The position numbers were made by a program, and so were the translations under genes. Below, in pieces: positions 57,828 through 64,000 of a DNA stretch of 64,000 nt (positions are counted from its first letter, which is position 1; every line of letters starts with the position of its first letter). This DNA is from Candidatus Cloacimonadales bacterium (GTDB lineage Bacteria; Cloacimonadota; Cloacimonadia; Cloacimonadales; JAIOQZ01): NCBI GenBank assembly GCA_963674825.1, contig OY771587.1, positions 1,632,001 to 1,696,000 on the forward strand. Direction: 5' to 3'. Under the pieces are notes generated by a model, which saw only the letters and a list, made by a program, of their open reading frames with translations, was not told the DNA's origin and ran no database searches.

Positions 57828-58478
57828 TTTCAGTTGCTCTCCCTGTTCTTTGAGCGACGGGTAATCAGGATGTTCTCTGATGCGCTCAACGTACGGATCG
57901 ATCATAGATAGCAGGTGCTCGATCATTTCCGGTTGGTGTGGATCTTCGACTGGAAAGGTGAAGGGATAGGACTCAACATTTCGGAGCGGCAAGGCGTTGA
58001 TGATTTCATCTAGCAGGTCACGCGTGTAGGTTTCGGTGTGGTGAATTCCACGGATCATATCGATCTTGGCCCACCAGTGATGCAGGTCGATGTGATTTTG
58101 CTGGGACGGTGTGGGATCGAGATCGCAAACCATTTCGCGCACGATGAAGTTACCGTCTGGGCGCAATACGCGCATCATTTCGGCCAGCACTCTGTCACGA
58201 TCAGGCAGGTGGTGAAGTGAGTTCGAGATGGCTACGGTATCGAAGGATTCGTCATCATAGGTCAGATTCGATGCGTCCATAGTCTCGAACGACACCGGTT
58301 CTTCGCCGAATGCTTTGGCAGCAGCCTCAAACTGGCGATCCGAGCTGTCGATTCCTACGAACTTGGTGCAATCCTGTAAAAGTCTCATCAGTACCCGGAT
58401 AAATTCACCTCCGCCTGTGGCGACATCAAGTACTTTTCCGCCGGACATAGTTCTCATCTTCTCACATGCTGTGGGCAT
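57765..58478 (-). CDS. Class I SAM-dependent methyltransferase (paralog of 10926-11660)
   Basis: VLDVATGGG, ISNSLHH, RVLRP.G; SD GGAG. Confidence 0.88.
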   Translation of the reverse strand: MPTACEKMRTMSGGKVLDVATGGGEFIRVLMRLLQDCTKFVGIDSSDRQFEAAAKAFGEEPVSFETMDASNLTYDDESFDTVAISNSLHHLPDRDRVLAEMMRVLRPDGNFIVREMVCDLDPTPSQQNHIDLHHWWAKIDMIRGIHHTETYTRDLLDEIINALPLRNVESYPFTFPVEDPHQPEMIEHLLSMIDPYVERIREHPDYPSLKEQGEQLKSRLSEHGYAPATMIFYIGTK

Positions 58479-58864
58479 AGCTTCTCCTTCGTTGTAGAAT
58501 AGGTTTGTGATACGTGGTGTTGGATTTAGTTGCTCCTCCTGTGAATTACCTGCAAAAGACAGTTCACAATGGGTATCGTGTCAAGTGATTCGTTACATGA
58601 CGGCTTCTGGGGAATGGAAAAGGGGACGCTCTGGGCTTCCCCATGAAGCAGTGTAATCTATTATCTCGAATCTACCAGTTTGGGACAAAATCGATTGTGA
58701 AGCCGTCGTAGAAGATCGTGGCGGCCAGGTTCATCATGGGGCACATCAGGCATACGGTACTCCTGTTTTGGGGTTTCTGACTCGGTACCGTATCCGTATC
58801 ACGCATGAAATGCTACTTGTGTCGTTTGCCAAGAGACTCCAGAATTAAAATATCGATTTTAGTA

Positions 58865-59437
58865 TCAAGGGATATGCGGTATCGGGAATTCCCAGGCTGG
58901 ATAGAGTTTTGGCTCTTTGTGCGCTTTTTTAGAAGCTATTGCAATCTCCCGGTTGAGTTTCAGGATCATCTCATACCAAGTCTTTCCACCCTTAACTGAT
59001 GATGATTTCTTGAGCAGTTTGAAATTGAGTTTTCTGTAGTAAGGTATCAAGTTTTCGCGGCACATCAGGACAATAGCGAATTTGCGGTTGTGCATCGCGT
59101 ATTTGATGATATGCTTGATCAACAAGGTGCCGTAGCCTTTTCCGTGGCATGTACGTGATACCATCAGTGACAGGATGACCAGGAGCTTGCCGTCTGCATG
59201 GTGTATCTTCATGTTCTTCAGGTCATTGCTTGAAACGAGATCGAGCTCATCCAGGCAGGCAGTAATGATGCTGCCTACGACCTTGCCGTTGTTTTCGACA
59301 ACGAACATACCTTCGGGATACTCAAGGAATCGGTCTCTGATCGTATCGAAAGAATCCTGCACAGCCTCGCTGAACGAATCCATCTCGAGCCTGTAGATAG
59401 CTTCCAAATCTGAGCTGACAGCGTTTCTGATTCGCAT
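58865..59437 (-). CDS. GNAT-family N-acetyltransferase
   Basis: IR.A...DL.AI..LE..SF; HGKGYG acetyl-CoA loop; L.C...LIPYY.K..F. Confidence 0.85.
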   Translation of the reverse strand: MRIRNAVSSDLEAIYRLEMDSFSEAVQDSFDTIRDRFLEYPEGMFVVENNGKVVGSIITACLDELDLVSSNDLKNMKIHHADGKLLVILSLMVSRTCHGKGYGTLLIKHIIKYAMHNRKFAIVLMCRENLIPYYRKLNFKLLKKSSSVKGGKTWYEMILKLNREIAIASKKAHKEPKLYPAWEFPIPHIP

Positions 59438-59520
59438 GTAATCATTTACCTCATAAATATATGCCCACCCAGCCCTTCTCAGTTTTCACGAGAGGAGTTG
59501 GATGGGCGTAAATCAATAAT

Positions 59521-60216
59521 CTACTTTTCTTTCCCAATCGCGCGATACAGAAATCCTCCAAGGGCTCCGCCGATAATCGGGAACACCCAGAAGAACCACA
59601 GCTGCTGGATCGCCCAGCCACCTGCGTAAATGGCTACGCCCATGCTGCGAGCGGGGTTAACGGACGTGTTTGTCACGGGAATGCTGATAAGATGGATGAG
59701 GGTAAGTCCGAGACCGATCGCGATGGGGGCAAAACCCGCCGGAGCGCGTTTGTCCGTTGCACCCATGATAATCAGCAGGAACATCATGGTCATCACGACT
59801 TCACAAACAAGGGCTGAAAACATCGTATATCCGCCCGGTGAATGCTCTCCGAAGCCATTGGAGGCGAATCCGCCGTCCAGGCTGAAGCCGGCGCTGCCCG
59901 AGGCGATCAGATAGAGAATACCGCCACCGATCGCGCCGCCAATGACCTGCGCGATGATGTAAGGAAGCACTTCTTTACCCGGAAAACGACCACCGGCCCA
60001 TAGTCCGATCGATACTGCGGGATTGAGGTGACAACCGGAGATATGCCCGATGGCGAAAGCCATGGTCAACACCGTAAGACCGAATGCGAGCGACACACCC
60101 AAAAGCCCGATTCCGACATTGGGGAACGCTGCGGCAAGCACTGCGCTTCCGCAACCGCCGAGGACAAGCCAGAAAGTTCCGAACATTTCCGCACTGAGAC
60201 GCTTGGTTAGTGGCAT
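59521..60216 (-). CDS. aqpZ: Aquaporin Z
   Basis: [40 protein letters not shown]. Confidence 0.96.
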   Translation of the reverse strand: MPLTKRLSAEMFGTFWLVLGGCGSAVLAAAFPNVGIGLLGVSLAFGLTVLTMAFAIGHISGCHLNPAVSIGLWAGGRFPGKEVLPYIIAQVIGGAIGGGILYLIASGSAGFSLDGGFASNGFGEHSPGGYTMFSALVCEVVMTMMFLLIIMGATDKRAPAGFAPIAIGLGLTLIHLISIPVTNTSVNPARSMGVAIYAGGWAIQQLWFFWVFPIIGGALGGFLYRAIGKEK

Positions 60217-60284
60217 AGTGTACTCCTTTGATGTGATTTCGGTAGCATTGCATATTGATTACAATCGTCAAGATAAATCGTATT

Positions 60285-61460
60285 GGGAAACTCCCCCCAC
60301 CCCCTCTTTGATGAAAGAGGGGGAGTAGAGAGATCGTAAGCTCTATGCTAATGGCATTTTAAGTCCCTATCTTTTTCCAAAGAGAGGGGTTTGGGGTGAG
60401 TTTAAAATCCTAACTCATCAGTAATTGTTCGCATAACCCGATCAAGATCAAGCTTGATTTCATGATTACCGAATCGCAATATTCTGATATTCATACTGTT
60501 AATCGTCTCTGTCCGTACTTCATCGTATGTCTTTCCTTCAACCGTTTCATGTTGTTTGCCGTCGATCTCAATCACAAGCTTGTGGCTTGGAGCATAGAAA
60601 TCCGCGACATAAAATCCAATACTGAATTGCCGATAGAATTTGATCCCAAAGAACCTGTGATTTCGCAGAGCTTTCCAAATGATATCCTCTTCAGGAGTCT
60701 GATTCTTTCGAAGCAACCTGCGTCGCTCCTTCATGTCGGTACGGTTGTAAATACGAATAACTCCCCCTAGCCCCCTCTTTGCAATATAGAGGGGGGAAAG
60801 AAAGGTTGGTAGCCGTGCATGGCTGGTCTTTTAAGCCCCACTATTCAGACGAAGAGAGGGGTTTGGGGTGAGTTTGAAATTCCATTTAACTATTCCCGAA
60901 TACTGGACATAATACAGAACATAGTGGCGGTATGGCCTGAATTAAGAAGCCGACAAAGAGAAGGACTGTTCCCAAATTAATGCGTTTATTACATCTTCTG
61001 GTCGGTTCTCTGAACTTCTCCTCCCAACTTTTTGGAAACCAATATTCGGGTCCAATTTTATCCTAAGTCATATTTTCTTCAATTAGTTTGAATGATTGAA
61101 TTGCAGCCTCTACGAGAGAGGATTCCTTGTTTATTAGAAATACTGCTCCTATGGTGCTGACAATTAGTCCTAATGGGGTAACTAATGACTGATAGATCAT
61201 ATTGAACTCCTCAAGATGAATTAACTGATTTAGTTATTGTGTGTCGATGTGTCAAGAGAAACTCCCCCTGCCCCCTCTTTGTGAAAAAAGAGGGGGGGCA
61301 GAGAGGATGATGAGCCATGCCGGTCGTGATATAGGATAGAGGAAGAGGGGATTCAGAGAGGATGGTGCTCGGATTTGGGTATTCAGGTGAAAGTTAGGGA
61401 CGTTGCGCAAAAAAAAGCCCCTCTCTTTTTGCAAAGAGAGGGGTATGGGGTGAGTTTCCC
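60285..61460. repeat. Three composite palindromic (REP/REPIN-like) elements around a DUF559 gene
   Basis: Copies at 60288-60403, 60759-60875, 61259-61457, each AACTCCCCC...CCCCCTCTTTG...AGAGGGGG ... AGAGAGGGGT(T/A)TGGGGTGAGTTT. Confidence 0.8.
60402..60734 (-). CDS. DUF559 (Vsr-like) endonuclease-domain protein
   Basis: R..LRK.QT..E...W..LR.....KF.RQ..I..YVADFY....LVIEIDG.QH...D..RT..I......ILRF.N. Confidence 0.9.
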   Translation of the reverse strand: MKERRRLLRKNQTPEEDIIWKALRNHRFFGIKFYRQFSIGFYVADFYAPSHKLVIEIDGKQHETVEGKTYDEVRTETINSMNIRILRFGNHEIKLDLDRVMRTITDELGF

Positions 61461-63230
61461 CTAATTATTCTTGATCCAGTTCACGAGGCCCTTCATTCTG
61501 ATGACGTCCATCAGCTTTTCGGGGAGCGGCGCGAAACTGAGCTGTTTGTCTGCGATGGTGATCGAGCCTTTCTCGAAGTCGATGTCGACTTTGTCGCCGG
61601 GCTTGTAGGCATCCACAGCCTCGGGCAGCACGATGATCGGCAGGCCCTGATTGATCGCCGAGCGGAAGAAGATGCGCGCTACCGATTTCACGATAACCGC
61701 TTTCACACCCGCGTAGGCGAGTCCGACGGACGGATGCTCACGCGATGACCCGCAGCCGAAGTTTTCACCCGCGAGGATGATATCGCCCTGCTGCACGCGT
61801 TCGGCGAAGTTGTCGTCGAAGCCCTTGAAGAGGTGCTGCGCGACCTTGTCCGGTTCGGAGCTGTTGATGTTGTAGGTGAGGTTTCCGGCAAACATCTGGT
61901 CGGTGTTGAGGTTATCGACATCGGTGTAGTTCCAGGCTCCGTCGATGCGACGATTGTCGTCATCGGCAACCACGGTGGTAGCGCTCTGCTGCTGTTTGTA
62001 GGCGTACTGTTCGTCGCCTGCCACAGCGCGCGGATCGGTGATCTTTCCGTTGAGCGCGGAGACTGCCACGGTCACGGGCGAGCCGAGGTAGATACTGGCG
62101 GCTTTGTTTCCCATGCGGCCGAGGAAGTTGCGGTTCGCGGTGGAGATCACGTTGATGCCGTCAGCAGGAATGCCCTGACCGGTGCCCAGGCAGGGACCGC
62201 ATGAGGGCGACAGGATGTTGGCACCTGCATTGATAAGCGTCTCGATGGTACCGTCTTTCATCGCATCCAGGTAGATCGCCTTGGATGCGGGAATGACCAG
62301 CAGTTGGACGCTTGCCGGGATCTTCTTACCCTTGAGCACGGCTGCCGCGGCCTGAAGGTCGTCGAGCCGGCCATTGGTGCAGGTTCCTACCAACGCTTGC
62401 TGGATCGGCGTTCCCGCCACTTCCGCGATACCCTTTACGTTATCCACATGATGTGGGCATGCCAGGACCGGGAAGACCTTCGCCAGATCGATCTCCACTT
62501 CGCGGAAATAATCGGCTTCATCGTCTGCCCAGACGCCTTCCACCTTCTCACCCAGAAACGCCTCGAGTACTTCGTCCGCCGGGAATACGGCGTTCTTGGC
62601 ACCCATTTCGGAGGCGAGATTGGAGAGGGTCATTCGCTCGGAGATGGAGAGGGTCTTGACGCCCTCGCCGTGGTACTCGATGGACATGTAGTCGGCGCCA
62701 CTGGAGCCGTACATACCGATGATCCACAGCGCCAGATCCTTGGCGGTGACGTTTTCGGGAAGCTGGTTGTGCAACGTGATCTTGATCGATTCCGGTACGC
62801 GGAACCAGGTCTCGCCCTGTTTCCAGATACCGGCGGTTTCGGTGCGGTCGATACCGGCTGCCAGCGCGTTGAATGCGCCTGCGGTCGATGTGTGGCTATC
62901 GCTGCCCACGACGATGTTGCCAGGGCGTGCGTAGTAGCTCATGATCTGGTGACATATTCCGTCGCCGACGTCGTGGAAGCGCTTGATTCCCTCTTCGTTG
63001 ACGAAATCGCGGATGCGCTGGTAGTCGTTGGCGAGCTTGCTGTTTGTGGGAGGCGCGTTGTGATCGAGCACGATAAGCGGCTGATTCGGATCTGCCACGT
63101 GCTCACCGCCCATCTTGCGGAAGGTCTTTTCGATACTGGCTGTATTATCGTGGGAAAGCACGATATCCGGTTTCTTGAAGACGATTGCGCCTTTCTTTGC
63201 TCCGAGAACTTTCTCGATGAATGTTGCCAT
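61461..63230 (-). CDS. Fused LeuC/LeuD-type aconitase-family dehydratase (homoaconitase-like)
   Basis: SHDN, DH, GICH, GSDSHT, GTCTNGR, CGPC.G, STANRNF.GRMG; C-terminal swivel NLNTDQ, GENFGCGSSREH. Confidence 0.9.
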   Translation of the reverse strand: MATFIEKVLGAKKGAIVFKKPDIVLSHDNTASIEKTFRKMGGEHVADPNQPLIVLDHNAPPTNSKLANDYQRIRDFVNEEGIKRFHDVGDGICHQIMSYYARPGNIVVGSDSHTSTAGAFNALAAGIDRTETAGIWKQGETWFRVPESIKITLHNQLPENVTAKDLALWIIGMYGSSGADYMSIEYHGEGVKTLSISERMTLSNLASEMGAKNAVFPADEVLEAFLGEKVEGVWADDEADYFREVEIDLAKVFPVLACPHHVDNVKGIAEVAGTPIQQALVGTCTNGRLDDLQAAAAVLKGKKIPASVQLLVIPASKAIYLDAMKDGTIETLINAGANILSPSCGPCLGTGQGIPADGINVISTANRNFLGRMGNKAASIYLGSPVTVAVSALNGKITDPRAVAGDEQYAYKQQQSATTVVADDDNRRIDGAWNYTDVDNLNTDQMFAGNLTYNINSSEPDKVAQHLFKGFDDNFAERVQQGDIILAGENFGCGSSREHPSVGLAYAGVKAVIVKSVARIFFRSAINQGLPIIVLPEAVDAYKPGDKVDIDFEKGSITIADKQLSFAPLPEKLMDVIRMKGLVNWIKNN

Positions 63231-63260
63231 GATTTCCCCTTTTTTGTCGGGCGAGGGTCT

Positions 63261-63998
63261 CTAAAGCAGACCGCCCCGCTGATAGATTTCCATCTGAACA
63301 TCGTAGAACGGCGTGATCTGAACAGTTTTGCCATTCTCGAGGTTGGTAAGAATACCGGTTTCGAAATCGACCTTGATCATGTCGCGGTCTTTGAGCCCCA
63401 GCGCTTCGATCGAATCATATGTGAGTACCGGGAACGCGGCGTTGATGGCGTTGCGCTCGTAGATTGCGCCAAAGGAGTTTGCCAGCACGGCCTGCACGCC
63501 CAGCGACTTGAAGCAATCCACAGCCTGCTGACGGGAGCTTCCAGCGCCGAAATTCTTCGCTGTGATCACGATATCGCCCGGTTCGGCTTTCTTCGCGAAA
63601 TCTTCCCAGCCTTCGAGGTTATCGAAGGTGTACTGTCCCATCTGCGCGATGTCGGTGATGGTGAGGTAGCGATTGTGGTAGATCATATCGGTATCGATGT
63701 TGTCATGCATAATCAGCCATACCTTGCCTTCAACCACGGACGGTTTCGCTTCGGATGCTGCTTTCTCGACAACTTCGGTTTCTGCTTTCTCGCGTGCAGA
63801 GAAGAGTGCCGGCTTGTCTGGAATTGCGTCCGGGGTGGTCACGTATCCTGCGACTGCGGAAGCGGCTACCACGGCGGGAGATGCCAGATAGACCTTTCCC
63901 TTACCCTGCTTGCCTGCGAAGTTGCGGTTACCGGTGCTGATGGTCACTTCTCCCGGTCCGTTCTGGCCGATCTGCCCTGCCGCGCAACCAGCGCAACC
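63261..63998 (-). CDS. Second fused LeuC/LeuD-type aconitase-family protein (5' part outside window)
   Basis: Frame open to window edge: GCAGCAAGQIG...STGNRNF.GKQG, then NIDTDMI, NFGAGSSRQ. Confidence 0.88.
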   Translation of the reverse strand, partial: GCAGCAAGQIGQNGPGEVTISTGNRNFAGKQGKGKVYLASPAVVAASAVAGYVTTPDAIPDKPALFSAREKAETEVVEKAASEAKPSVVEGKVWLIMHDNIDTDMIYHNRYLTITDIAQMGQYTFDNLEGWEDFAKKAEPGDIVITAKNFGAGSSRQQAVDCFKSLGVQAVLANSFGAIYERNAINAAFPVLTYDSIEALGLKDRDMIKVDFETGILTNLENGKTVQITPFYDVQMEIYQRGGLL

Positions 63999-64000
63999 AG

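Noticed and set aside
58672..58688. Fifth copy of the TCCCA-W4-TGGGA box
   Set aside because: Only one half-site (TTTGGGACA) matches; could be chance.
60285..61460. CRISPR-like repeats
   Set aside because: Irregular spacing, degenerate composite hairpins and a gene between copies fit REP-like elements.
31086..61460. Intact integrative element or prophage at tRNA-Val
   Set aside because: No integrase, phage structural genes or attR duplicate of the tRNA 3' end seen by eye.

Overview
Bacterial chromosomal window. It probably comes from an FCB-group anaerobe such as Candidatus Cloacimonadota (inferred from three secreted proteins ending in a YPNPFNP...YN(I/V)RGQKV C-terminal domain). The window spans the replication origin: dnaA is flanked by DnaA-box clusters and a DnaA-trio unwinding element, and gene orientation flips around it. 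The left arm holds housekeeping genes (lnt, recJ, rnpB, nadC, pgpA, SurA-like PPIases) and an unusual kinase-like/GAF/sigma54 enhancer with its own palindromic boxes and a sigma54 promoter. The right arm holds surface-polysaccharide genes, two tRNA-Val genes and then an accessory region. The best candidate for an undescribed system is a translationally coupled three-gene operon right after the tRNAs: a RelA/SpoT synthetase-TPR-SLOG-RyR fusion, a Nudix hydrolase and a DUF4062-STAND-TPR protein, with IS remnants on both sides. Further right are a 30-FN3 giant C10-type protein whose catalytic Cys is replaced by Ser, a second TPR-sigma54 activator, a DUF559 nuclease embedded in palindromic repeats, and tandem fused aconitase-family genes. 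All calls come from reading motifs by eye; no database searches were run.
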